Source of the DNA: Bdellovibrionales bacterium
Lineage (GTDB): Bacteria; Bdellovibrionota; Bdellovibrionia; Bdellovibrionales; JAMPXM01
Reading direction: 5' to 3'
NCBI GenBank assembly: GCA_043739185.1
Contig: JAYUEN010000221.1
Coordinates: 1 to 43,761 of the forward strand
Length of the DNA: 43,761 nucleotides
A program made the translations under genes and the position numbers. A model generated the notes under the pieces. The model made no database searches and was not told where the DNA came from. It saw only the letters and a program-made list of their open reading frames with translations. Each line of letters begins with the position of its first letter. Position 1 is the first letter of the stretch. Shown piece by piece: positions 1 to 8,366 of this stretch.

Positions 1-91
1 CCTTGGCAAGACTACCTACTTTTTCGCACAATGCCTGTCTGTAGTTTCATTCAGCCTCCAAAAAAACTTGCTTGCCAATTTGAACTCATTT

Positions 92-1264
92 TTAGAACAA
101 AACTCCAATTTTGAGAGCCAGCTCTGAACGCGTTTCATTGGCATCAGTTCGTGTTTGATCTTCCGTAGAATAACTTAAGCCGTAGGTGACGGCTCGCTTT
201 TCAAACTTTTGCAGAAATGAGGCTTCAACAAAGAATTCAGTTCCACTGGTGAGATCATGGCCATGTCCCACTTGGGCAGGTAAAGCCGCCATCTTGGCGC
301 TTAAGAGGCACTCATAGCGCTCACTTTCATAGGCGGTATACTCGGCTGCTAAAAATGGATTCCAAAAGGCGACTTTGTACAGGCTGGGGTTGGCGGGAAC
401 ATCGGCAAAATTCTCTAAAAATAAATGATCGCCGTAAGCAAAGCCCAAGCCAAAGCGAAGACTTGGAGCCACGCGGTTCAGAACTGCGAGCTCATATTGA
501 ATAGTCGTCGAAGGCCCCAGTTGACCTGAAGTTGCCGTATTATTTGCCGAGGTAGAACTCATTTGGCTTATATTCATGGTTAGAATGGTTGAGAGCGAAG
601 AATTCCACCAATGATCCCAGCCCAATTCTACACCCAATGTTGTGACTCCTGATAAGGAGTAGCCTTTACCAGAGGCCACTTCCGTCGCTGCTTGTGTCAC
701 TTGCGAATAACTAGGAATAATCGACCAATAGTTATGAGTCTCTTCACCATGCTCGGAATGGGCTTGGTGCTCGGTATGCGCGGACTCGTGTGCCATCTGG
801 TGCTTCTGCTCTGGGTGCGTCTCTTGATGGGTTTCTTTGGCGGGAGCTTCATGAAGTTCTGAATCCGGAGAAGCCGTGGCTTTCGCGGATTCTAGGTGTT
901 CTTTTTCGACTTTGGCCACTGGTTGAGCTGGCACTGGAACACTTTCAATGTGCTGAGCTGGCGGCGGAATTACGACAGCTGGTGCCGCAACTTTGACGTT
1001 GTCGTCTTTTTCATGGGCGGCCTCTTTGTCCTCGAGAATGAGTTCCTGACCGGGCTCTAGAATTAAATTTTTAGCTTTTGTCCAAGGGTTTAATTTATAG
1101 ATTTTTTTAATGCTTCCTTTGGGGCCAAAAACCGGCTCACCATAATAGCCGCGAGCAACATTTGCCAAGGTATCGCCTTTTTTAAGTATATAGGTCTTAG
1201 CTTGAAGCAAATTTGCACTGAGAAAAATAAACCCGGCCAATATAAATAATGAAATATTTTTTAT
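92..1264 (-). CDS. Secreted LysM-domain protein with Pro/His-rich linker and probable C-terminal outer-membrane beta-barrel
   Basis: LysM-like YILKKGDTLANVA...LNP...LEPGQELIL. His-rich linker. The C-terminal ~210 aa have amphipathic strands ending in Phe (KIGVLF). The ORF track starts at TTG 1240, but the in-frame ATA at 1264 gives a complete signal peptide. Confidence 0.75.
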   Translation of the reverse strand: MKNISLFILAGFIFLSANLLQAKTYILKKGDTLANVARGYYGEPVFGPKGSIKKIYKLNPWTKAKNLILEPGQELILEDKEAAHEKDDNVKVAAPAVVIPPPAQHIESVPVPAQPVAKVEKEHLESAKATASPDSELHEAPAKETHQETHPEQKHQMAHESAHTEHQAHSEHGEETHNYWSIIPSYSQVTQAATEVASGKGYSLSGVTTLGVELGWDHWWNSSLSTILTMNISQMSSTSANNTATSGQLGPSTTIQYELAVLNRVAPSLRFGLGFAYGDHLFLENFADVPANPSLYKVAFWNPFLAAEYTAYESERYECLLSAKMAALPAQVGHGHDLTSGTEFFVEASFLQKFEKRAVTYGLSYSTEDQTRTDANETRSELALKIGVLF

Positions 1265-1455
1265 AACTACCCCGCTTTAATAAAAAGGCTCCCATTCATT
1301 TAGCAATAGTTAAATAATATGAGGCAAGACCTTTATTCTAATAATTCGAGAGGTCAGGTCTAGCCAGCCCTAGGACTGAAATAAAGAGCCTCTAACTTTC
1401 ATCTAGGTTTTCAAATCTGCTCTCTGTCGAAGGGCCTGATTTACTTTCGAAGCCT

Positions 1456-1482
1456 TTAATCCTTTTCTGAAAATTCCGATCG
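1456..1482 (+). promoter_or_regulatory. Sigma28 (FliA)-like promoter
   Basis: TTAA-N15-TCCGATCG, compared with consensus TAAA-N15-GCCGATAA; ends 22 nt before ATG 1505. Confidence 0.45.
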
Positions 1483-1504
1483 AACAGAGTGAAGGAATCA
1501 AAAT

Positions 1505-3175
1505 ATGTCATTTCAATATAAAAAAGATAAGTCCGGTGACGAATCAGGTATGCAATGGACATCGTATAGCGATTTGTTCATGTCCCTATCCGTTATCTTT
1601 CTATTAATGTATGTGACTGCAAGTCTAAAACAGGGCACGGCAAGTCTTCAACAAAACATTGAAAACACCAACCTGAAACAACAGCTCACAGATTTAAAAC
1701 AGCAAATCAAGGTCTATAATACTTTAAAAGAAGATTATATGACTGAGGACGCTTCGAAAGATGAGCAAAAGGCCTATCAGGAACTCATGGGCAAGCTCAA
1801 TCTTTTGCAAGACGATGCTAAAAACGAAAAAAATGCACTTCGACAAAAAGCGAAAGAAAATGAAGAAAAGGAAGTGGCACTTAATAAGTATCAAAAGTTG
1901 ATTTCAAACATCATCAATACCAATGTGCTTTCAAAAGCACAAATCAAGCGACGAGATAAGATCATTGTCAAAAAAGATGACATCATTTCAGAACGCCAAG
2001 TTGAAATTAAAAGTTTAGAGAGAACTGTGGCTGAAAAAAAGGCGGTCATCGAAAAAGGCAAAGCTGAAATTGCCGAAGTAAATACCGAACTCGAACAAAA
2101 AGTTAAAGAACTTACCTACGCATATAATAGCCACAATATTTCAAAGAAAAAAATGGAAGCTGAAAAAGAGCGCTTAAGAGAAGAAAATTCCGAAAAGGTT
2201 GCAGCTCTTCAAAAAGAGAATATTGAAGCCGCGAAGCAGCTTGGTCAGGTGAGCTCGACTCTCGAAACTGTTGAGTCACAACTTGAAAATACGAAATCCA
2301 ATCTTGAAAAAGTTGGAGAAGAAAAAGGCCGCTTAGCCAAAGAGCTTGAAAGTACCGAAGGAAAGTATGCGGCTCAAATGAAGGGTCTGCAAGAGTCCTA
2401 TGATCGAAAACGAGCCGCAGAAAAAGCCGCCTTTGATACCGAACTTCACAAGCACAAAATGTCGGCCGAAGCTAAGGCCAATCGTGAGGCTCAATTTAAA
2501 GCCGCTGCTGAACAAGAAGCAAAAGATTTGAAAGGGCAGTTGGCCGGACTTTCAAATAAAATGGCTGCTACCCAAGGCGAATTGACCAAAGCCCGCGCCC
2601 AAATTGAACAACGTAAATCACTTGCTAGAGACATCAAAGCAAACTTTGCTAAAAATGGGATTAAAGCCGACGTCGACCAAGCAACAGGAGATGTGGTGCT
2701 CGATTTCGGTACAGAGTATTTTGATACCGGAAAAGCCAGTCTCAAACCGGGCATGAGAAATATCATTGAGAAAGCAATGCCGATTTATTCACAAAGTCTT
2801 TTTGGCAACGAAAAGGTTTCTAAAAAAATCAAAGCTGTCGAGATCATCGGCTTCGCGTCGCCTACTTATCAAGGCAAGTATATTGATCCACAGAGCTTAA
2901 ATCCTGGAGATCGAACTGCGGTTGACTTCAATTTGGACCTCAGTTTCAATCGTGCCCGCTCGATTTTTAAGTATGTATTCGATACCAATAAAATGAACTT
3001 CAAATACCAACAGCAACTCCTTCCTCTTGTGAAAGTAACCGGAAGAAGTTTCTTGGCAGAGCGAAAAAATGCTCGTGATCTCGCATCCCCAAATATGACC
3101 CAAAAAGAATTTTGTGAAACCCATGATTGCTCTAAGGCTCAAAGAGTTATCATACGCTTTAATTTAGACGAGTAA
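1505..3175 (+). CDS. MotB/ZorB-like protein: N-terminal TM with Asp, long coiled coil, OmpA-like C-terminal domain
   Basis: WTSYSDLFMSLSVIFLLMYV (MotB/ZorB TM with Asp23). K/E/Q-rich coiled coil at ~aa 45-380. OmpA-like YFDTGKASL, VEIIGFAS, FNLDLSFNRA, QRVIIRF. AAGGA RBS. Confidence 0.8.
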   Translation: MSFQYKKDKSGDESGMQWTSYSDLFMSLSVIFLLMYVTASLKQGTASLQQNIENTNLKQQLTDLKQQIKVYNTLKEDYMTEDASKDEQKAYQELMGKLNLLQDDAKNEKNALRQKAKENEEKEVALNKYQKLISNIINTNVLSKAQIKRRDKIIVKKDDIISERQVEIKSLERTVAEKKAVIEKGKAEIAEVNTELEQKVKELTYAYNSHNISKKKMEAEKERLREENSEKVAALQKENIEAAKQLGQVSSTLETVESQLENTKSNLEKVGEEKGRLAKELESTEGKYAAQMKGLQESYDRKRAAEKAAFDTELHKHKMSAEAKANREAQFKAAAEQEAKDLKGQLAGLSNKMAATQGELTKARAQIEQRKSLARDIKANFAKNGIKADVDQATGDVVLDFGTEYFDTGKASLKPGMRNIIEKAMPIYSQSLFGNEKVSKKIKAVEIIGFASPTYQGKYIDPQSLNPGDRTAVDFNLDLSFNRARSIFKYVFDTNKMNFKYQQQLLPLVKVTGRSFLAERKNARDLASPNMTQKEFCETHDCSKAQRVIIRFNLDE

Positions 3176-3185
3176 GGAGATTTTT

Positions 3186-4133
3186 GTGAAAGAATTAGTG
3201 CAGCATTTTATTGATTTCGTTGCCAACTTTGCGGGCGAATACCTCGTATCGATTATCCTCTTTACTTTTGCAGCAGGATTTGCCGCCAGAGGCTTAATCT
3301 ACTACACGATTAAACGACACGAATGGTTTGCCAAAGAGTTTGAAAAACGCGTGGATCGCTATATTGACGATGCGACGACCACCAAATCTGAAGTCTCGTT
3401 TTATGTCTTGGCAAAACGTTTGCTAGAAAAAACTTACTACGAAGCTTTTGAATTGCGAGTCAAATTTAGCCGACGCAAGCCAGACAAAGTCATGCACTGG
3501 AGCGATCGCCTCTTCTTGATTAAACTTGGTTCCGCATGGATCGTTAAAGACACTTTAAAACAATTACGTCACCTCAAGTACAGCGCACAACAGCCAAAAA
3601 TTCTCAACGTAGCGAAGTCAACTTTGTTAAACAATCCGTGTTTCAATCGTCTCTTTGGGATTATGCCGATCTCGAGCCTCAATGATATCCTCAATATATT
3701 ACCAGGCCTGTTTGTTATCGGCGGAATTTTTGGTACCTTTCTTGGAATCATGAAGGGTCTACCCGAGCTCAGTGGAATGAATCTTTCAGATCCAGAACAA
3801 ACAAAACTTGTGATGGACGGATTCCTTTCAAATATTTCATTTTCAATGACGACTTCTATTGTGGGAATCTTGTGCTCCGTACTTATGAGCATCACCAATA
3901 CTGTTTGGTCGCCTGAAAAACTTTTTGCTACCATTATAGATCGTTTTGAAAATGCACTCGATATTCTCTGGAACCGAAGTGACAACAACAATACTCCAGA
4001 TGAAGACACTGAATTTGAAGACCGACGTGATGGCAATGAGGCTATTGCCGAAGCTGCCGTCAATCAAGAAACCAATCGACAACATCGCAAGCGCTCAATG
4101 GAAACTTTGCATAAGCCGAAAAAGGCCTCTTAA
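3186..4133 (+). CDS. MotA/TolQ/ExbB-family (ZorA-like) ion-channel subunit
   Basis: Three hydrophobic helices. PGLFVIGGIFGTFLGI and FSMTTSIVGI resemble the TM2/TM3 motifs of MotA/ExbB/ZorA. GTG start with AAGGAG RBS, 10 nt after the upstream stop. Confidence 0.75.
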   Translation: MKELVQHFIDFVANFAGEYLVSIILFTFAAGFAARGLIYYTIKRHEWFAKEFEKRVDRYIDDATTTKSEVSFYVLAKRLLEKTYYEAFELRVKFSRRKPDKVMHWSDRLFLIKLGSAWIVKDTLKQLRHLKYSAQQPKILNVAKSTLLNNPCFNRLFGIMPISSLNDILNILPGLFVIGGIFGTFLGIMKGLPELSGMNLSDPEQTKLVMDGFLSNISFSMTTSIVGILCSVLMSITNTVWSPEKLFATIIDRFENALDILWNRSDNNNTPDEDTEFEDRRDGNEAIAEAAVNQETNRQHRKRSMETLHKPKKAS

Positions 4134-4153
4134 AGAAAGCTTAGATGGGATAG

Positions 4154-6841
4154 ATGAAAGATACAAGTGGCACCGCCTGTCGAATAAAGATCACATTGGG
4201 AAATGAGACTCGTGAAGAACTCATCGACAGGACTGCCTTTACCATTGGTCGCGGCCGAGATGCCGACGTGCAAATTACCTCTCCCAATATTAGCCGCGTT
4301 CACCTAACAGTTGAAATTCGCAATGGCTCGATTTGGATAGCCGATTTTGGCTCAGCCAATGGTAGCTTTATCAACAACAAAGAAATTGCGCGCCACCAAG
4401 CAACGCTTTACCAACCTGGTGACAAAATCAAATTAGGAGAGGCAAAAGAACTCCTAACTCTTGAGATTCGAGAACCCTTAAGACTGGTAGTTCCCCCTGG
4501 TGAAATCAATCTTGATGATACTCAGCCAGAATATGATTTGCAGCTTCCTCCAACTCCAGCTGAAATTCCCTTACCACCCCCCATTCAGCGTGTTGCTGAA
4601 ATCGATCATTCTGCCGCCGAGCGAATTTTAAATCAGGCACGGGCACTTGCTTACCAATTGCGAGAGGCCGCTGAAATAGATGCTAAGAAAATTGCCGATA
4701 CCGCCCAGCTTCAGGCTCGAGAAACAATCGAAAAAGCGGATACAGATGTTCAAAAATCTTTAGCGAGTGCGAATGTCGAAGCTCAAAAGATCATCAGCTC
4801 GGCGCATTTGAGAGCTGAAGAAATCGACGCTCAAGCTAGGTTGCAATCGACTTACAAGCTCAAAGAAGCTGAAGAGGATACCAAAATCAAAGTCGAAGAA
4901 ATGCTAGACAATGCTAAAATTGCTGGTGAGAAAATCTTAGCAGAATTCAAACCTCGAGGTGAAAAACTCGTAACTGAAGCACGACAACAGGCCACGGCAA
5001 TCAAAACTGCTGCCCAAGAAGAGGCCGATAAATTACTACAAGAAACCTATCAAAAATGCACCAGTTCACAAATTTCATCTGAAGAGAAGGCCCATAAAAC
5101 GGCCGAAGAAGCCCACCAAAAGGCCGAATTCATTCTTCAAGAATCTCAGGACGAAGTGGACCAAATCTTAAAGGACGTAAAAGAATCTATTCGCAAAATG
5201 CGGCAAACCAATGAAAACGATTTATCCGAAATCAAACTTCAATCTGAAAAGAAAGCACAGCAGCGCCTCGATCAAGCTAAATTAGAGGCTGATAAAATAG
5301 TTTCACAGACAAGCTCTCAAGCAGACGCGCAAAAACAAAGTATTTTGTCGAAAGCCACTGAAGAAGCTAAAGAAATAGTCAATGAGGCTATTCGCAAATC
5401 AAAGCTCGCGGGACAAGAAGTCACTCGCACTTTTCATGAGGAACATTTTAAACTTGGCCAAACCCGCGAAACCTTAGAACGCGATGTTGCCCGTATCGGA
5501 CAAAAGCACACCGAAGTCGAAAAACAATTTTCTCTCAGAAATGAAAAACTAAATGGCCTCAATATTAAAATTGAAGCCGCCGAAAAATTGCTTGGCGAAA
5601 CCGAGCTTGCAAGTAAACAACGCGTATCAGACCTGCAATTTCGCATCTCTTCTCTTGAAGAAACTCTTGCCACCAAAGCAAAAGCGGTCGATGCATTGGA
5701 TTTGAGTGCAAAAGAAGCCTTAGAGCGCCGCCAGCAAGAAGAAGAAAATACGTTACGAATCAAGTCTGAATGTGAATTGATACTGAAAAAAGTCAATGAC
5801 CTCGAAACCCAAGAACGACAATTGGTCGAACGTTCTTCTTCGCTTGATAAGCAAATCAATCAAGAGCGCATTCGCTTAAAAGAAAACCTTGAAGCCCAAA
5901 TGGTCAATGAGAGAAAAGAAATAACCAGTGAAATAAAGCGACTCCGCGAACAATCGGTAGCGGATCACGCAAAACAGAAAATTGCTCAAGATGAAGAATT
6001 GGCAGTACTAAAAAGACGAGAACTTGAACTTATTAAATCTCTGCGTGCCGAAGCCGATGCCAAAGCCCGATTGGTGCGCAAACACAAAGCCATCGAAACC
6101 GCAAAAGCACTTGAAATTTACTTGACGCCAAAACTGCAAGAGGCCCTTAAGACACAAGTCTTACCAGAGAGTTTTCAAAACTTCTTTCAGGACATTACCG
6201 CCGTCCTCACCAATATGGTCGCTGAAGAAAATTCAAAAGAAGCGAGCAGCAGTGAAATCATGCATCCAGCCGCTTCGATTTCTGATTTTACCAATACTAA
6301 AAAACGAAAGCGCATTTTTATACATGCCGCCGGAATTTTCGTATTGCTTCTAGTCACGCTATTTTACTTGCAAGAAAAATATGGTGACCACAGAAGTGCC
6401 GCCGAAGTATTTGCTGAAGAGCTTCGCGAAAAAGAAGCAAAACGCCCGAAGTTTGTTCCTGAAATTACCAGCGACTACAAAACTTCGTACACAGATAATA
6501 TTATTTATACGGACACCTATGCGCAATTCAAATCGGATTCTCAAGCCCAAGCAAAATGGATACGAGATTTAAATAAATTTTTTATTAACAAATTAAATTT
6601 GAATGAAAACTCAGTGGTTAAATTCATTCCGGTTGAAAATGAGCTCGTTACGCAGTTGCAAGAGAAGCGAAATATTATTCATTTTGAAACCCAAGACGAT
6701 GATATCAAAGCCATGCGTGATATCGAGCAAACTTCTGTTGAAAAGCTCACAGAGGTTCTGGGCGGACATGCCAATTACAAAGCCTTTCGTGAATTTGAAA
6801 AAAATTACTTTCAACAAAATCGCATGCCCGCGAGCAAATAG
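4154..6841 (+). CDS. FHA-domain, long coiled-coil, single-TM protein
   Basis: Canonical FHA motifs IGR, SRVH, DFGSANG. Pro-rich linker, hendecad then heptad-like coiled coil, KKRKR followed by TM IFIHAAGIFVLLLVTLFYL, then a ~155-aa helical C-terminal domain. Confidence 0.85.
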   Translation: MKDTSGTACRIKITLGNETREELIDRTAFTIGRGRDADVQITSPNISRVHLTVEIRNGSIWIADFGSANGSFINNKEIARHQATLYQPGDKIKLGEAKELLTLEIREPLRLVVPPGEINLDDTQPEYDLQLPPTPAEIPLPPPIQRVAEIDHSAAERILNQARALAYQLREAAEIDAKKIADTAQLQARETIEKADTDVQKSLASANVEAQKIISSAHLRAEEIDAQARLQSTYKLKEAEEDTKIKVEEMLDNAKIAGEKILAEFKPRGEKLVTEARQQATAIKTAAQEEADKLLQETYQKCTSSQISSEEKAHKTAEEAHQKAEFILQESQDEVDQILKDVKESIRKMRQTNENDLSEIKLQSEKKAQQRLDQAKLEADKIVSQTSSQADAQKQSILSKATEEAKEIVNEAIRKSKLAGQEVTRTFHEEHFKLGQTRETLERDVARIGQKHTEVEKQFSLRNEKLNGLNIKIEAAEKLLGETELASKQRVSDLQFRISSLEETLATKAKAVDALDLSAKEALERRQQEEENTLRIKSECELILKKVNDLETQERQLVERSSSLDKQINQERIRLKENLEAQMVNERKEITSEIKRLREQSVADHAKQKIAQDEELAVLKRRELELIKSLRAEADAKARLVRKHKAIETAKALEIYLTPKLQEALKTQVLPESFQNFFQDITAVLTNMVAEENSKEASSSEIMHPAASISDFTNTKKRKRIFIHAAGIFVLLLVTLFYLQEKYGDHRSAAEVFAEELREKEAKRPKFVPEITSDYKTSYTDNIIYTDTYAQFKSDSQAQAKWIRDLNKFFINKLNLNENSVVKFIPVENELVTQLQEKRNIIHFETQDDDIKAMRDIEQTSVEKLTEVLGGHANYKAFREFEKNYFQQNRMPASK

Positions 6842-6853
6842 TTTGCCGCTAAA

Positions 6854-8161
6854 TTAATTATTCTGCTGATTCTTTAATAGAGCCGAAAAGGGCGAATTTT
6901 GATTCACAACTGAAATGTGAAATAGAAAGTCCGGCGGCTCATGTTGCAAAATTGTATAGAGCAGATAACCTGGCGTGATACCATTGTAGCCTGAAAGTGA
7001 CGGATTGCTTGGTTGGTTTCCGTTTGCATCGAGTCCTTGTAGGTCCCAACTGTTTTTGAAAACGGCTCCTGCAAATGCCGCATCTAAGGTCCGTGTATTT
7101 TCAATCAGTACCAAATGTCCACCGGCCAACTTCACCTGGCCCTGTAGTACTAAGTCAGAAGAAGCAACACCTGAGCTTTGAAAACCCTGCTGATTGTAAA
7201 TAGCAAAGCCCACAGGAACCGGAATAGGCTTGGGAAGGGTGAGACTCGCTTGAATGGCGCTTTCTAAAAGCTTTTGATTAGCTGAGGTCATTTGAACATC
7301 GACAAAACTATTCGGATCAAATTGTGCCACACTCTTCATAAAACTAAGCGGTGTATAACTATTCCCATCCGTATGTACAAACTGATCATTTGGACGATAA
7401 GGTAAATGTTTATTCGCAGATGAAGCATTGAGTACCGGACTCAATTTATCCGTCATCAGTTGATAAAGCGGAGTATTGATTCCATCAGAATCTACTCCAT
7501 TAAAAATGCTTGTACGATTGGGCGCATTTAAAATACTGCCAACTAAATCTTTTAAACTGGCAACAAGTGTCAATGCTTGATTATTTGAAGTGATGGGACG
7601 ATCAAACAAAGTTTGCGGAACCAAACCAATTAACTTTGCTTCGTTTAGAGCCGTCGGCTCATCACTGCCAGAGTGCACCACAAATTCAGCCTGAGCTGCC
7701 GCTCTTGAATTTGGACGCAATCTCATCATGAGCACAGCTTCGAGACTTGCCTCTTCGAGAGAAATTTCTCCGCGCTTAACTCTGCCAGCTAGTTTTGCAA
7801 AATACATTGGATGTTCTTTTATTTGAAAATAAAAATGCCAAAAACCATTGTGATCCGGCGAAGTTTCTAAAGTAACACCGGTATTGGTATGCAGATTTTG
7901 ATCAACCAATTCATTGAAACCATAGGCCCAGCAGATTTCAGCATATTTTTGATTCAGAATTTTAGAGCCCGGAGCAATTCCGCCATTAACAAGCGGAGTT
8001 GCTTTTTGAAAACTACTCAAATCTGCTGAAATCTTTGAAGCGTTACCCGAATATCTTACAAAGCCATCAATGCATTCGTCGCCATTTGCAAAAGAATTCA
8101 AAGCTAAAAACGAAATACTTGCGAATGCAACAACCGATAAGAACTTTGAAGTCTTTCTCAT
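6854..8161 (-). CDS. Secreted papain-like (clan CA, C1-like) cysteine peptidase
   Basis: Signal peptide ending SFA. NQKYAEICWAY (oxyanion Gln, catalytic Cys-Trp), GGHLVLI (His) and FKNSW (Asn) occur in papain order. Confidence 0.7.
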   Translation of the reverse strand: MRKTSKFLSVVAFASISFLALNSFANGDECIDGFVRYSGNASKISADLSSFQKATPLVNGGIAPGSKILNQKYAEICWAYGFNELVDQNLHTNTGVTLETSPDHNGFWHFYFQIKEHPMYFAKLAGRVKRGEISLEEASLEAVLMMRLRPNSRAAAQAEFVVHSGSDEPTALNEAKLIGLVPQTLFDRPITSNNQALTLVASLKDLVGSILNAPNRTSIFNGVDSDGINTPLYQLMTDKLSPVLNASSANKHLPYRPNDQFVHTDGNSYTPLSFMKSVAQFDPNSFVDVQMTSANQKLLESAIQASLTLPKPIPVPVGFAIYNQQGFQSSGVASSDLVLQGQVKLAGGHLVLIENTRTLDAAFAGAVFKNSWDLQGLDANGNQPSNPSLSGYNGITPGYLLYTILQHEPPDFLFHISVVNQNSPFSALLKNQQNN

Positions 8162-8220
8162 TTATGGCTTCCTTAACGAATTGAAAACAAGAGCTTGATT
8201 GCTTTTATGCAGTTATTCAG

Positions 8221-8237
8221 AGCAAATTGTGTTCCGA
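8221..8237 (-). promoter_or_regulatory. Sigma54-like promoter for the C1-like peptidase
   Basis: Minus strand TCGGAACACAATTTGCT = GG-N10-GC with TTGC at -12, about 60 nt before the start. Confidence 0.5.
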
Positions 8238-8321
8238 TTTAAAATGACTTTAATTGAAATAAAGCCAAAGAAGTGACGTAATTAGTCTTAAAGTATTGAA
8301 ATCAAAGCGTGAACTGTCACT

Positions 8322-8348
8322 AAAAGGGCCTTTTCAAACCGGGCCCCT
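8322..8348 (-). terminator. Intrinsic terminator after the M13 peptidase
   Basis: Minus strand GGGCC...GGCCC stem followed by TTTT, about 20 nt after the stop. Confidence 0.45.
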
Positions 8349-8366
8349 ATTAAAATGCTGAAGTCA

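Noticed and set aside
3..78. TTGGCAAG/CTTGCCAA inverted repeat at the window start
   Set aside because: Only 8 bp with a long spacer and truncated context; cannot be interpreted.
1505..6841. Canonical Zorya defence system or flagellar stator motAB
   Set aside because: No zorC/zorD/zorE-like or flagellar genes nearby, reversed gene order and no long tail on the A subunit. Kept only as ZorAB-like.
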